DNA of 64,000 bases, taken from contig OX597819.1 of assembly GCA_951406725.2 (NCBI GenBank), positions 120,032,001 through 120,096,000 of the forward strand. Reading direction: 5' to 3'. Below, in pieces: positions 11,500 through 27,089 of this stretch (position 1 is its first letter; each line of letters opens with the position of its first letter). The notes below the pieces were generated by a model that was not told the DNA's origin, ran no database searches, and was given only the letters and a program-made list of their open reading frames with translations. Source of the DNA: Octopus vulgaris. Taxonomy: Eukaryota. A program made the position numbers and the translations under genes.

Positions 11500-12350
11500 T
11501 TCTCATTCAGAGGACAATTATGGTTTCAAAATTTATAAAAACCCACCACATATTACATTCCTAGAAAAGTTTGAAAAGGTCCTTATAAAATTTAACAAAA
11601 ATCCTAACACATTCCAAGACACATTGCAAAAATACTGGAAACTTTCAATCATCAACAAACATGTTTATTAAATCAGGCAAAACAAACAAATATTTGTGAC
11701 GTAATCAACTACACATATAACAAGGTAGTAACCGGCATCGTAATTAAAACATGCATGAAAACAAACCCCGCCACATATAATTCAGTTAACATAAATGCAA
11801 AAAAAATTAGTCACAAGGTTTACAATAGAAAGTTACTCCACGAAACTTGTATATAATCCTGAATGACCATAAAGATAATTTCACTGAAAAGTTCAGCTCT
11901 AGATTAATAAATTCTACAAAAAGTGAAGTAGGAATTAATAAATCTATATTAGATAAGATCGTAAAACATATCAGAGCATACTTAAATCTTACCCAATTAA
12001 TATGCAGTTGAGCAACTATTGAATGGTTTATGAAAATAGAAGATAAACCCAAATGTAAATTTATTCCATTTGCCAATGTGGATCTTTACCCTTCGATCTC
12101 CAAAAGCTTGTTCCAAATGCCACTTTAATTTAATAAGGCATATGTTACTATAACAAAAACCAATATAGATATAATATATATTATCGGAAATAAGTCATAG
12201 TAAAGTTCAGCTTGAAGCGATTAAACCACTGAGCTGGGACATACTCGATAGCAAACGGGTATATATAGCAATTTTACACAGCGACGTACATTAACTACAT
12301 CTCTTCTGAGTGCACATATAATGTAGGGATATATAAATCAATTTGGATCT
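11500..12350 (+). pseudogene. Decayed Penelope-like element reverse transcriptase
   Basis: Translation from 11853 gives IILNDHKDNFTEKFSSRLINSTKSEVGINKSILDKIV...IEWFMKIEDKPKCKFIPFANVDLYPSIS, resembling the PLE RT pattern LKDHK.NF...RLINP.KSE.G...FDI.DFYPSI; stops and frameshifts are present. Confidence 0.75.
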
Positions 12351-13153
12351 AGTATATAGAAGCGGTTGAGTGGGCTATTGTTTGGATATATAAATAACGG
12401 TTTGTGATTAAACTTCGAAAATCGTTGCATCTTTCAAATATCTTCGCAGTACCTTTGAGAGAGATGCGAATCCTAATGACGAAAATGCTGAAGTGTTTAG
12501 TAGTTATGGCACTTGTCGAGACTTACAAGAAGTTTTATTTATGGAAACTTTTTATAATGTTTTTTTTTTTTTACACGGTAAGAAGCTATCAATTCGATAT
12601 TCTAAATGGAGATACATTTCCGTATATTTTGTATCAAGTGTTTATATCAAAAGACATATGTCTTTACATTTCGGTATCATTCTATAACATCCCCTTAAAA
12701 TCTATAAATATACTAGAAACCTCTTTCAAATCAGAGCATCCTGTTTTAAAAAGAAACAGAAGTACTGGATACAGGGGCTTCTGATATAGAAAGGGACACA
12801 TTTTCATGTCAGACACGAGGTTATACTGGAAAGTTTGTAATTGAATCTCCTTGTACATTAAGCAAAAATTGCATTTTACCAGGTCCATCTTGCTTTCTAC
12901 TATTCAACCTGTCATAACCCCTCTATATCCATCTTTTTCTCTTGTAAACGAAGTCTTACTGCTGGTTTCATTGTAACGGATAAATATAGCAACTCGTTAA
13001 CATTTCGGCTTCTGATTGAGATACTGTAAAGATGTGAAGCAAAAGCTTTTGCAGACATACACAATAGATTTGTGTTATACACTCTCTGCCGTTCGTGTGG
13101 GTTGACTGAATAAATCAGAATTTGGTGTCTAGTATTTAAAGTCTAGTATTTAG

Positions 13154-13574
13154 AGTAAGGCGGCGAGCTGGCAGAAACGTTAGCACACCTGGCGAAATGC
13201 TTTGCGGTATTTCGTCTGCCGCTACGTTCTGAGTTCAAATTCCGCCGAGGCCGAATTTGCCTTTCATCCTTTCGGGGTCGATTAAATAAGTACCAGTTAC
13301 GCACTGGGGTCGGTATGATCGACTTACTCCGTTTGTCTGTTCTTGTTTGTCCCCTCTATGTTTAGCCCCTTGTGGGTAGTGAAGAAATAAGTATTTTGTC
13401 TGCCGCTACGTTCTGAGTTGAAATTCAACCGAGGCCGAATTTGCCTTTCATCCTTTCGGGGTCGATTAAATAAGTAGCAGTTACGCACTAGGGTCGGTAT
13501 AATCGACTTACTCCGTTTGTCTGTCCTTGTTTGTCCCCCCCCCTATGTTTAGCCCCTTGTGGGTAGTGAAGAAA
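13154..13574 (+). mobile_element. tRNA-derived SINE family B with tandemly duplicated 3' part
   Basis: ggcggcgagctggcagaaacgttagca...gagttcaaattcc...tttagccccttgtgggtagtgaagaaat, body repeated from ~13391; TSD TAGTATTTAG at 13144-13153 and 13575-13584. Confidence 0.88.
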
Positions 13575-13651
13575 TAGTATTTAGCGTTTTACGGATTAGA
13601 AAAAAAATAGAAATAATATCAATATCGAGAGCTTCGATAATCTTGAGTGCT

Positions 13652-13759
13652 TGTGTGTGTGTGTGTGTGTGTTTGCGCGCGCGTGTGTGTGTGCGTGTGT
13701 GTGTGCGCGCGCGTGTGTGTGTGTGTGTGTTTGCGCGCGCGCGTGCGTGTGCGTGTGTG

Positions 13760-13804
<45 letters not shown>

Positions 13805-13931
13805 ATAAGCATACATGCATCTAAGCGTGTGTCTATGATTGCGTTCAATCATTTGTCTTCGTTAGATTTTCGCTGTTCGTTATTATCTTTTAGATATAGA
13901 AAACATTTATTGTGCGTGTGTGCGTATGTGC

Positions 13932-14003
<72 letters not shown>

Positions 14004-14006
14004 ATA

Positions 14007-14042
<36 letters not shown>

Positions 14043-14100
14043 TGTATGTATGTATGTGTGTGTGTGTGTGTGTATGTATGTGTGTATGTGTGTGTGTGTG
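13652..14100. repeat. Compound (TG)n/(CG)n/(TA)n/(TATG)n microsatellites
   Basis: Direct inspection. Confidence 0.9.
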
Positions 14101-15765
14101 TTTACGTATGAAAATTACTGAGATTTAACGAGCAAGATTACTGAAATATGCCTTAAACATTTACACATTACATTTATGGTTCCCTTCATTTCTTAGTGTT
14201 TGTAATTTCATGCGAATCGATCCCTCATTTCACGTATTCAGATTCACAATTAATGCACATCATTAATAAACAATGGTTGAATGAACGACACGCTATCGGT
14301 GCATCTCAATTCTTAAGTATCTAAAGCCAAAGAAATACAGTTCTATATGACGAGAAAATAAATTTAGATGTAAGAAATATAGCATTTAAAGCAGAATAAG
14401 AACAGATCTAATATAGCGAGAAACGTTGTAAATTATAGCAGGCAAATGAGATGGCTGATATAACATTTGCAGCTCAAAAACAAATCAAAATGAAACTATC
14501 TCACGTTGAATTTTACGAAATGTTTAAGTGGCATTTTTAGAATATTTTCAAGGATTCTAATCACTGAAGATAAACACAGTGTTAAGATTTAATTGTAATG
14601 AGAATGGAATAAAACTAGATAAAGTGTAAATGATTAATTTAAGGATTGTTTATCTTTTTGTACCTTGTGATGAGAAGCTACTATTAAATTATACTACGAT
14701 GATAGAATTTGCGGTGTCTGTAATATAAATCCGGCATATAATTGCTTAATTTTTCGGTGGAATATAAATCATCAAATTATGTCTAAATGGTTTAGACATT
14801 AATACGGTTAATCCCTCTCTGTTGTTTTCGTTTCTCTTAATGTAAAAGAGATGTGTTCTTTAAAATGTTTCATTATAGTAATTCATTTTTTGTAACAAAT
14901 TATATAAATAAAAGACAATGTTCCTTATACTTTTCTTACAACAATTAGCATTCGGGATAGAATCACAAATGATTAAATATTGCTTTCTCATTTAAGAGTA
15001 AGAAATGAATAAAGAAACAGATAAAGAAATACGCTGATAAATGAATAAATAATCGCTTCTTTTAGAGAAAACATCTTTGGCAATTTAAATCTCATTTTCA
15101 GAAATTAATATTTAAGTATACTTCAGGGTGTTTTTTCACACATCAAAGTGTGATCGAATATTTCATTCAAATTGTAAGCACCTGACATTCCAAAACAAGA
15201 AGTCTTCTTGTTTTTGATTTCTAATATGTATATTTACCGTATGTTTTAATATATTGTTTTACTTTCTTTGGTGCGTTTGTCTTGGAGGGATTTTCCTTTC
15301 AATAACATTTTCATATTTTTTTTTATTTATGTATGATGTCTCATCAACATAGTTTGTCTATGTTGGTTATTTTGCAATCTATTATCTTAAATAAATTATT
15401 AATTTATTTCCTGTAGGACACTAAACCGTACAATTAAACAAAGAGCTTTTTTCACAAACAAACTTTCGACAAAGTTATTGAAACATAACACCACCGACAA
15501 TGCTGCATATTGTTGATAATCAATGCAACGCATAAATAATAGGTGAAGAAAAAGTGGAATTCCTGCCCCAGTAAATGAAAGGATACTCTTGGTTATGGCG
15601 GCTTTACGCGGATATGTACACACGCATACTTATACATGCACACACAAATTCTCTCATACAAATATGACTACATGTAAATATACACACAGACAGAAATATA
15701 TAAAAATAGTAACAAACTAACATATACACATCTACACGTTTATAAATAGATACACACATATACCT

Positions 15766-15998
15766 GTTTCTTTATTACCCACAAGGGGCTAAACACAGAG
15801 AGGACAAACAAGGACAGACAAACGGATTAAGTCGCTTACATCGACTCCAGTGCGTAACCGGTACTTAATTTATCGATCTCGAAAGGATGAAAGGCAAATT
15901 CGACCTCGGCGGAATTTGAACTCAGAGCGTAATGGCAGACGAAATACGGCTGCGCATATCACCTCGCGTTCTAACGGTTCTGCCAGCTCGCCGCCTTC
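15766..15998 (-). mobile_element. SINE family B, full length
   Basis: Reverse complement of 28596-28829; 16-bp TSD ATACACACATATACCT at 15750-15765 and 15999-16014. Confidence 0.9.
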
Positions 15999-16811
15999 AT
16001 ACACACATATACCTATATTTGTTTGTGTGTATACCTGACTATACATATGCGTGTATTTCGGGGCTGTATTTTTCTAGCAAGTAGCATAATCTCAGACCGT
16101 ATGAAGGAATTACAACATCGAAGAAACATTTCCAGCTATTTAAGATACACGCAAAGTCTTCAATATTCACTTTCCATATGTTTCTTGAAGCATCACAATT
16201 TTCGTTGCACCACTGCGACCTTGCCAATAACGCTCCACAGTATCTACTTGAAAGTTAATTTTCAGCAAGTCCTTATAGAACTGATGGGTCTGTCTTTCAT
16301 TCTTATTTAACTTACATTAATTTCTACTGATGTTGCAGAAATTCCTGACGCCGGCAGGCGTTTATCATCTCCAAGTTCCATAGTTTTGTCTTTTACAATA
16401 TAGCTACGTATCACAGTTCCACCGCATATCTTTACTTTTATTATCCATTTCCTGTTTTTCTTATCTTGTCATGAGGGTTAGTGTTGGATACACGCATTCA
16501 GTTTTCTATGCACAAAGGTATATTGTTTGTATATAATTCCTATTTTAATGTTTTTGAATTATATTCTTACTCTGTAGATTCAAATTCATTTTAACCATGA
16601 GATGTAAAGAAAGAGAGCAAATACAAATATGGGAATAATATCGTCCAATTAAATTATAAGTGCGTACACACAAGCGCATCAACGGACACAGATACTCATA
16701 TAAACATCCAGATGCAGCACCTGGACTCACCACATTTTTATCACTTAAACATAATTTTCTCCTCACTGTACATGGCATCTGATGAACTAGTTGGTTATTT
16801 TCATCCACGTA

Positions 16812-17221
16812 GCAGTAGTGGCTGTGTGGTAAGTAGCTTGTTTACGAACCACATGGTTCCGGGTTCAGTCCCACTGCGTGGCACCTTGGGCAAGTGTCTT
16901 CTACTATAGCCTCGGGCCGACCAAAGCTTTGTGAGTGGATTTGGTAGACAGAAACGGAAAGAAGCCCGTCGTATATATGTATATATATATAAGGGTGTGT
17001 GTGTTTGCGTGTCTGTGTTTGCCCCCTAGCATTGCTTGACAACCGATGCTGGTGTGTTTATGTCCCCGTTACTTAGCGGTTCGGCAAAAGAGACCGATAG
17101 AATAAGTACTGGGCTTACAAAGAATAAGTCCCGGGGTCGAGTTGCTCGATTAAAGGCGGTGCTCCAGCATGGCCGCAGTCAAAATGACTGAAACAAGTAA
17201 AAGAGTAAATAGTAAAGAGTA
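16812..17221 (+). mobile_element. SINE family A, full length
   Basis: Head gtggctgtgtggtaagtagc through tail aaacaagtaaaagagt. Confidence 0.92.
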
Positions 17222-17439
17222 GCTTTCAACAACAGCAGTCTGAGGCATCCAATACATATGATATGTTATTTTTATCAGTGTGATTTTGAATCGCAATTCC
17301 AATTTTAAAATATTCGTATTTTTGACGAGGGCGCAAAAAGAAATGTTATAACGGCCATGTCTTTTCTAACGATGTGGCCGAACAACCACAAGGAAGGCTG
17401 AATCGTTAGCCCATCGCACAAAATGCTAAGCAGTAGTTC

Positions 17440-17628
17440 TGCGGCCATGCTGAAGCATCGCCTTTTAGTCGAGCAAATCCACTTTAGTCTACCAAATCCT
17501 CTCGCAAGCCTTTGGTCGACCCGCGGCTATAGTAGAAGACATTTGGCCAAGGTGCCACGCAGTAGGAGTGAACCCGGAACCATGTGGTTAGTAAGCAAGC
17601 TACTTACCACACAGCCACTCCTGCGCCT
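17440..17628 (-). mobile_element. SINE family A, internally deleted
   Basis: Tail segment joined directly to the head segment (...cacagccactcctgcgcct). Confidence 0.8.
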
Positions 17629-17714
17629 ACTTCGTATCATTTTAACGTCAAAATATTCCATTTAGTTTAAAATATGTTTGTCATCCATTTATTATAAAAC
17701 TTCAACAAAAATAT

Positions 17715-18146
17715 AGGCGCAGGAGTGGCTGTGTGGTAAGTAGCTTGCTAACCAACCACATGGTTGCGGGGTCAGTCCCACTGCGTGGCATCTTGGGCAA
17801 GTGTCTTCTGCTATAGCCCCGGCCGACCAATGCCTCGTGAGTGGATTTGGTAGACGGAAACTGAAAGAAGCCTGTCGTATATGTGTGTATATATATATAT
17901 ATATGTGTGCGTGTGTGTTTGTGTGTCTGTGTTTGTCCCCCCACCTAGCATTGCTTGACAACCGATGCTGGTGTGTTTACGTCCCCGTCACTTAGCGGTT
18001 CGACAAAAAGAGACCGATAGAATAAGTACTGGGCTTAGAAAAGAATAAGTCCCGGGGTCGATTTGTTCAACTAAAGGCGGTGCTCCAGCATGGCCGCAGT
18101 CAAATGACTGAAACAAGTAAAAGAGTAAAAGAGTAAAAGAGTAAAA
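17715..18146 (+). mobile_element. SINE family A, full length
   Basis: Complete copy with (GTAAAAGA)n tail. Confidence 0.92.
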
Positions 18147-19033
18147 ATAATTTCTTTCCCAATTATATTCTTTTATGATAACTTTTTACTATACTATTTT
18201 CTTGCAAAAACACTTTGCTTTACCTCTATATGTTTTGACTTACGCTATGGGTATAGTTTACATAACTGACATCTGTAACCCATAGAAATATCATGGAAGT
18301 TACGAGTGGTTTGAGTGTTTACACTGATTTTCATCATGCGGACAACGCTGGCTTCAATACTGTAATGTCATGTGCAGACACAGATTTACGTCTCGTTCTC
18401 TTCATACTCAGAAAACATGAATAAAACAAGCTATGAACCTTTGTAGGCTCTCTAAGGTAGAGAAAAGGAAGAGTTTTCGTTTATTTTATTTTATTTCTTT
18501 CAATCGGATTATGAGATGCAAGGAATTTTTTGTCTGTTTCAGCCTTTTTTAAAAGGTGCCTGTGATACAAAGTATTATTAAAAGTGTTATCAAAATCTAC
18601 AGATTAATGCGAGGGACGGAGGGAAATATGAGATTCGTCATTGCAACAAAGCCGTGATGTTTAATTAAATGATTAATTATGACAGAAATACTACACGAAA
18701 AAAAAAATGAAATAACAATACTTCATAATCTAAACAACTTTACTAAAATTAATCGCAGGCGTGGTTGTGTGATTAAAAAAGTTATTTTACAATTGCGTGG
18801 TTTTTATTTCAGTTCCACAGTTAAGCGCATTGAGTAAATAACTTCTACTGTAAATCCAGGCCAACCAATGCTTTCTCAGTCAGTTTTGTAGGCGGGAACG
18901 GAACGGAAAGCCAACGTGTCTACAGGAATTACAGCATCCGTTGCGTTAAAGTCCTGCAGGCGGAGCTGTCACATCCCCTCCTTTTCTATTTCTTCTTATT
19001 TATCTTTACATTAACCACCATCATCATCATCAG

Positions 19034-19200
<167 letters not shown>

Positions 19201-19204
19201 TCTT

Positions 19205-20063
<859 letters not shown>

Positions 20064-23000
20064 ATGTCAGAGGTCTGGTGAAACCCACTAATATGAGTAA
20101 AATTCCTTACCTTAGGGACTTAAGCACAAGCAACCATGCAATATGCATAGCGCTGACTGAAACGCACCTGTCAAGCAGTATAGCAGATGCAGAAATACAC
20201 GTACCAAAGTATACTGTTTTTCGGTCAGACAGGAAGGAAAGAACTCATGGTGGGGTTGCCCTGTACGTCCGTGAAGATGTCACACCCATAGTACTGTTGA
20301 CACACTCAAACTCAGTCTGTGACACACTGATAGTACACATGAAACAACCGAAAATAGTAATATGTGTCACATATCGGCCACCAGACACCCCTAGTCATGA
20401 AGGAGTGTTTGAAGATAGCCTCAGAAGAATAGAAGAAGTCCTGGACAAACTGGACCAGGGTAACACCATTCTACTGCTGGGAGATTTTAACCTTCCGAAA
20501 GTCAAATGGCCAGATGGCCATCTCCTCCCTGGAATGACATCACTTGAACAGAGACAGACAGAGTCCTTGTTGGCTCTCACACGCAAGTTTTTCATGGAAC
20601 AAGCAGTGCTTCGGCCAACAAGAGGTGAGAATGTCTTGGACCTCTGTTTCACAAGCAACCCGATGCTCATCCACAACATAATGGTAACACCTACAATTCT
20701 CTCAGATCACAACTTAGTAGAGGTAATGATATATGGTATGAGAGAGTTAGTTGAGACGCAGCCATTAGAAAATACCACAGGCCTATCCAGTCTAAACTTC
20801 CATAAGGCAAACTGGAAGAAGATCAACGAAGAGATCCGAAAACATGACTGGAGTGACTTCATCACCACACAAGAGACCAACACACATTTCCAACATTTCA
20901 TGACAACAATACAGAACATATGCCATAAGTTTGTCCCGGAGAAAAAAGCCAGCGGGCATAGGAACGTTATTCCCAGAGACAGGAAAATACTTATGAGGCG
21001 AAGAGCTAAGCTCTCGAAGCAACTGAATGCACGGCAGAGAAACAATAAGGGACTCCACCTGAAACTTTTTGAAACGGAAACTGCACTCAAACTTTCCTAT
21101 GAGAAGGAGAGGGCAGAGAGAGAAGCCAGGGCCATAGAGAATATTAAAACAAACCCTAAAGCTTTCTTTAAATTTGCGAAAGAAACCACCTCGGTACACT
21201 GCAAGATTGGCCCACTCTTTGATAAAAAGGGCTCTCTAACTGAGGACCCCCAAGGGATAAGTGAAATACTAAAGGAACAGTATAAAAGTGTGTTCACATC
21301 CCCTCTGGGGCACATGCAAATCACAAACCCAGAAGTTTTCTTTGATGCCACAACACTCCAAAACCAAACAACAACCATCGACCACATAGACATAACAGAG
21401 AGGGATGTAATATCTGCCATAGAAGAAATGAGAATAAACTCAGCTGCTGGACCAGATGGATTCCCAGCAGTCCTCCTAAAAACATGCAGGCATGCCCTAG
21501 CGGGACCACTGAAGATGCTCTTCAGTGGTTCCTTGGCTAACGGTAAACTGCCCAGGGCGCTAAAAGAAGGCACCATATGCCCTATCCACAAAGGAGGGAG
21601 TAGAGCAGAGGCCAAAAACTACAGGCCAGTCTCCCTGACGTCACACATAAGTAAGGTCATGGAACGAATCATCAGAAAAAAACTGATCACGTTCCTCGAA
21701 GAAACTAACCGTCTCACTGACACACAGCATGGCTTTCGCCCAGGAAGAAGCTGCCTTACGCAGCTGTTACAACACTACGACTGGGTACTGAAACAACTAC
21801 TGGATCGCTCACAGGTGGATGTGGTATATCTCGACTTTGCGAAGGCCTTTGACAAAGTCGACCACGGAGTGATATGTCACAAATTACTCAGACTCGGCAT
21901 AACAGGAAAAGTAGGTGAGTGGATACATGACTTCCTGAAGGACAGAAGCCAGATGGTTGCAGCCAATGGAGCCCTCTCGGGAAAGACACCAATAGCAAGC
22001 GGGGTGCCACAGGGCACAGTCTTGGGACCCTTGCTGTTTTTGGTGGCGCTCTCTGACATGCCCTTGGTAGCACAAACAACATCCCTCACTAGCTATGCTG
22101 ATGACACAAAGGTAGCACAGGCAATCAAAAACCCAGCTGATGCTGACCTTTTACAACAAGATCTGGATGCCATATACAAATGGGCTGAAGACAACAACAT
22201 GCAATTTAATGCTGGTAAATTTCAAGCCTTACAATATCAAGCTGTAAACACATATACATTACAACACAACTATACTGGTCCAGGAGGGATCGAAATCCCA
22301 GTATCGAAATCAATACGGGACCTGGGGATAGACATGAGTGACGATGCATCTTTTTCTTCACACATCGCGAAGGTGGCGACAATGTGCAGACGACTCACTG
22401 GCTGGATCCTGAGGACATTCCGGACAAGAGACTGCGAGACCATGTTGACACTATGGAGGACATTTGTCCTAAGCCGCCTAGACTACTGCTCCCAACTGTG
22501 GTCACCGCATAGTGTCAAACTAACCACAGAGCTTGAGACAATCCAAAGACATTTCACCAAGAGGATTTCCACCATGAAAGAAAAGAACTATTGGGAGAGG
22601 CTTAGGGAACTCAATTTGTACTCCTTGGAACGAAGACGAGAGAGATATGCAGTGATATACATATGGAAAATCCTGGAGGGACTAGCACCAAATTTTGGAA
22701 TTGAGAGCTGTTCCAATCCCCGTACAGGTCGTCACTGTGTGGTGCCAAAGGTCCCGTCTTCCACATCCAGGGTAAGGAGCAGATACTGTAATAGCCTGGG
22801 GTTCAGGGGCCCTCAGCTGTTCAACAAACTGCCAAGAAAACTAAGAGATCTACATGATGCGGATGTGGACATTTTCAAAAAACATCTAGACAAGCTGCTT
22901 TCCGGGATCCCAGATGAACCCACTGCAAGGTACGAAGGTAACCTAAGGGCAGCAGCTACAAACTCTCTCTTAGATCAGTGGCCAGCCACGGCAAACTGGA

Positions 23001-23073
23001 CTTAGAGAGGGTAGCAACAAGGGCGGTGCCCCAGCATGGCCTCAGCCGGATGGCTGAAACAAGTAAAAGATAA

Positions 23074-23074
<1 letters not shown>

Positions 23075-23167
<93 letters not shown>

Positions 23168-23190
23168 GCATATATATGCATATATGTATA
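23075..23190. repeat. (TA)n tract abutting the LINE 3' end
   Basis: Direct inspection. Confidence 0.95.
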
Positions 23191-23559
23191 CATGGAACAA
23201 TAATTAAATTTGTATTTTCTCTATATAAATTTATTTTATCAAAAATACGATATTTCTATCTTTTAACTTATTTCGGTCATTGGGGCACCATCATGAAGAT
23301 TTGAATCCAATAAATAAGCTCCGGTGGTTATTTTTTAATGTACGGCACTTATCACATCTGCACCTTAATTGTATATATATATATATGGTTTACGTTTACA
23401 GAAAAACAAAAGGCGAAGGAGCAACAAGCAGGTGTAATAGTTTGCCTCTCAGGAAAAACGAAAAATCTGTTTTACGTTTCGAGCCTGCGCCCGAAACAAG
23501 TAAAAATAGAGAGAGAATGAGAAGAAAAGGAGAGAGAAAAACAGTGTAGATTTCAGCAT

Positions 23560-23757
23560 ATATAGATAGATAGATTGATTGGTTGATTGATCGATTGATT
23601 GATTGATTGATTGTTAGATAGATAGATACATACATAAATACATACACACACACACATACATACATACATACATACATACATACATACATACATACATACA
23701 TACATACATACATACATACATACATACATACATACATACATACATACATACATACAT
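23560..23757. repeat. (GATA)n/(GATT)n/(CATA)n compound microsatellite
   Basis: Direct inspection. Confidence 0.9.
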
Positions 23758-24070
23758 AGAGAAACTGTGTACAGTTGTGGAAATCAGCTCTCCAGTAGCT
23801 GTTAACATAAAGCTAAATATCGGCGAAAAAAGAATATACTTACGCTGAAGTATTGAGAAATCTATAGCTACTCTATCCAGATTACAAGTTCAGGGTTTTA
23901 CCTGTAATTATTGGAATGAAGGAATATGTCACACACTGCCTAAATACCAACCTTGAGAAATAAGTTTCTCCAAACCAGAAAGAGGAAAGCTAATTTGAAG
24001 ACTACAGATCTAAGCTATCACTGAAACTGTAAAAATCTGCGAAACTTTCCAGAAGTTTCTCATTTATATA
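23758..24070 (+). mobile_element. 3' fragment of an RLE-endonuclease non-LTR retrotransposon (R2/R4/NeSL-type)
   Basis: Degenerate translation EKLCTVVEISSP...EK..TYAEVLRNL.LLYPDYKFRVLPVIIG...LQI.AITETVKICETF resembles an RLE C-terminus. Confidence 0.6.
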
Positions 24071-24124
24071 TATATGAGCATGTCTAGACATGCAACTATA
24101 TGCATGGGAATACATATAAATAAA

Positions 24125-24606
24125 TGCGCCCTTTTTAAAGCCTAACCAGGCTCATGGGCCCAGTTTCCCGGTTTCTATGGCGTATGTGTTCCTAAGGTGT
24201 ACGGGACGCCAGTCCATCCAGCTGAGTGAACTGGAGCAACGTGAAAGGAAGTATTTTGCTCAAGAACACAACGTGTCGCCCGGTCCAGGAATCGAAACCA
24301 CAATCTTACGATCATGATGCTGACAACCTAGCCACTAAGGAACGCGCCTCCACTAAAATGCGCCCTTTTAATGCCTAGCCAGGCTCATGGGCCCGGTTTC
24401 CCGGTTTCTATGGCGTATGTGTTCCCCAGATGGACGAGACGCCAGTCCATCGCAGCGTTACTCATTTTTGCCAGCTGAGTGGACTGGAGCAACGTGAAAT
24501 GAAGTTTTTTGTTCAAGAACACAACGCGTCGCCCGGTCCAGGTATCGAAACCACAATCTTACTATCATGATGCTGACACCCTAACCACTAAGCCACGCGG
24601 CTCCAC
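24125..24606 (-). mobile_element. Two tandem copies of tRNA-derived SINE family C (24125-24353, 24359-24606)
   Basis: Both carry gcgcccttttaa.gccta.ccaggctcatgggccc...gctcaagaacacaacg.gtcgcccggtccagg.atcgaaaccac; the minus strand has A box and B box GGTTTCGATTCC. Confidence 0.85.
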
Positions 24607-25403
24607 ATATGCCTGGAAATACATACTTAAAATAAAACATATAAATCTGCACTCATACAAGGCTGATTGTACATTTTCTGTCTGTAGGCCGGCCTTGAAA
24701 ACTATGTGTTGTGATTCTTACGCGTTACGTTCTTATCGTTTGTCTGTAGTGCCATAGCCGTGACCTCTCGATGCCACACTTCAGCTACTTGTATTTGCGA
24801 CCATACTTTTTTGGTCCACATAATGCGAATTAAAGCTGTTGATGCAAGTTTAGCTGTTCATACCAATCTCTACCCTTCTGAGGATTTAATACTGGTGCTG
24901 TCACATTACTCTACCAGCACCAGCGATTCTAGCAATTCAGCTTCTTGCTCTCCATCTCTTAAGAATCCATTCCCAAGAGACTTAAGCTTTTACCTTTGCC
25001 TCAGAGATGTTCTGCTAAAGTACAGAAATTTAAAAATTTTAAATACGATGAAGAATGCTTCTCAGCTTCAAATTCATTTAGAAGCACATTTTTAACATCG
25101 TCAACAATAAAACTTACAAAAATAATAATTTCTTTTTTTTTTTTCTAAATCTAATTGGATTTTATAGTTAACTTAATAGATTAATCGACGCTTATGGATT
25201 AAGAATAATACGGAGCACGTCAATCAATTACTTAATCTCCACGTCAAAACTATTACGTGGATAGAAAAATCATTAGTTTTGCAGTAAATAATCAGAAAAA
25301 TTTAACACAAATGTTGTTATAGAAATTGAGGAGAAGAACAAAACACACACACACACACATACATGTGTGTGCATGTGTTATATATATATATATATATATA
25401 TAT

Positions 25404-25450
<47 letters not shown>

Positions 25451-25518
25451 CATATATATATATATACAATCATACACAATCATACAAACCCATTTATATA
25501 TATATATGTATATATGTA

Positions 25519-25577
<59 letters not shown>

Positions 25578-26094
25578 ATGGATTGTATGTATCTTAAATT
25601 TCTATGTATCTATGAGTGCATTTATGTATGCATGTATATATGTATGCATGTTTGCATGTAAGCATGTTTGTATCTATATATGTTTGTACGTATGTTTGTG
25701 TGTTTATATGTGTATGTAAAGAGGCAAGAAATGTCAATTTACGTATTTCTCAATTCTTCTTTCTCTATGATTTTGAAAAAATAGAAACATGCTTCTTTAT
25801 CCGTTTTCTTGAAAAATTTTCTACATAATCTATGCGTGTTTATTGGTTTATGTATATAGCTGTGAGCCGTTTACGCAAAGAGATTTTCACGAGATATAAA
25901 TAAAAATAAAGTAATTTTTATTTTTCGAGAGAGTAAAAAAAAAAAAAAATGAAAAGGTACAAATGATGCAAATATAACAATGGGGAAAAATTACGCTGAC
26001 TTTGTACGTATGTGACAAATCTGTGCCGAGAGGTAAGCGAATTCTACTGAATAAGTACGTGCAAACGTGTGTGTTAGTGTGTGTGTGTTTGCGT

Positions 26095-26144
<50 letters not shown>

Positions 26145-26722
26145 ATGTGTGTGTGTCTGTGTCGGTGTGTGTGTGTGTGTGTTTGCGTATGTGTGTGTGT
26201 CTGTGTCGGTGTGTGTGTGTCTGTGTCGGTGTGTGTGTGTGTGTGTGTGTAAATAAATAGAGAGATAGCTTGATGCAAAAACACATATGTCATTTTCTAC
26301 GTAAGGGCATTTTGAAATTCTTTGAATTGCAGTTTCTTATTTTATTAGAGTTCCATGCGTGATAAAATAAAGAAATCAACAGAACACCTTCCGTTCACTT
26401 TTTGAAATAAACACACACACACACACTCACGCAGGAATACGCACACACACACGCACAAAGACACAGACACTCACACATACACAAACAGATAGATAGCTAG
26501 AAAGATAATATGTGACTTTATGTATTTGTATATACATGTATTGCATATAAATATATAAATATATATACATGTATATAATCTCAATAAGCATACATGTTCG
26601 TGTATACACTGGGGCAACATTTATTGTATGCAGTACATACAGCACTGATTTTTTTTCAAATATGCTGATTTACTTCAAAGTCATTCGTTATTTAAAGTAT
26701 TTCTACACATAAGTGTGTATGT

Positions 26723-26809
<87 letters not shown>

Positions 26810-27089
26810 GTGTGGTGGAGTGTGAAGACATACTCATGGCACTTAGATTTTGATTGGCAAGCGTATGTTTTCCGGTTCGGTCTCACTCCATATCACCTTC
26901 TGTAGATCTACTATAGCTTTCGACCAAGCACTATTTTTTGATCATATAATAAAGGTATTATGTATAGACAATGTGTTATTCCCATAACATATGTGTGTGT
27001 GTGCTTGTTGTTTATACATCCGTCTTCGTGTTTTGTTTTTCTGTAAATTTCAAGTATATGTATATATGTGTGTAGTCGGGTGTACTATA

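Noticed and set aside
20395-22089. Antisense ORFs within the LINE
   Set aside because: Expected shadows of a long coding frame; no motifs.
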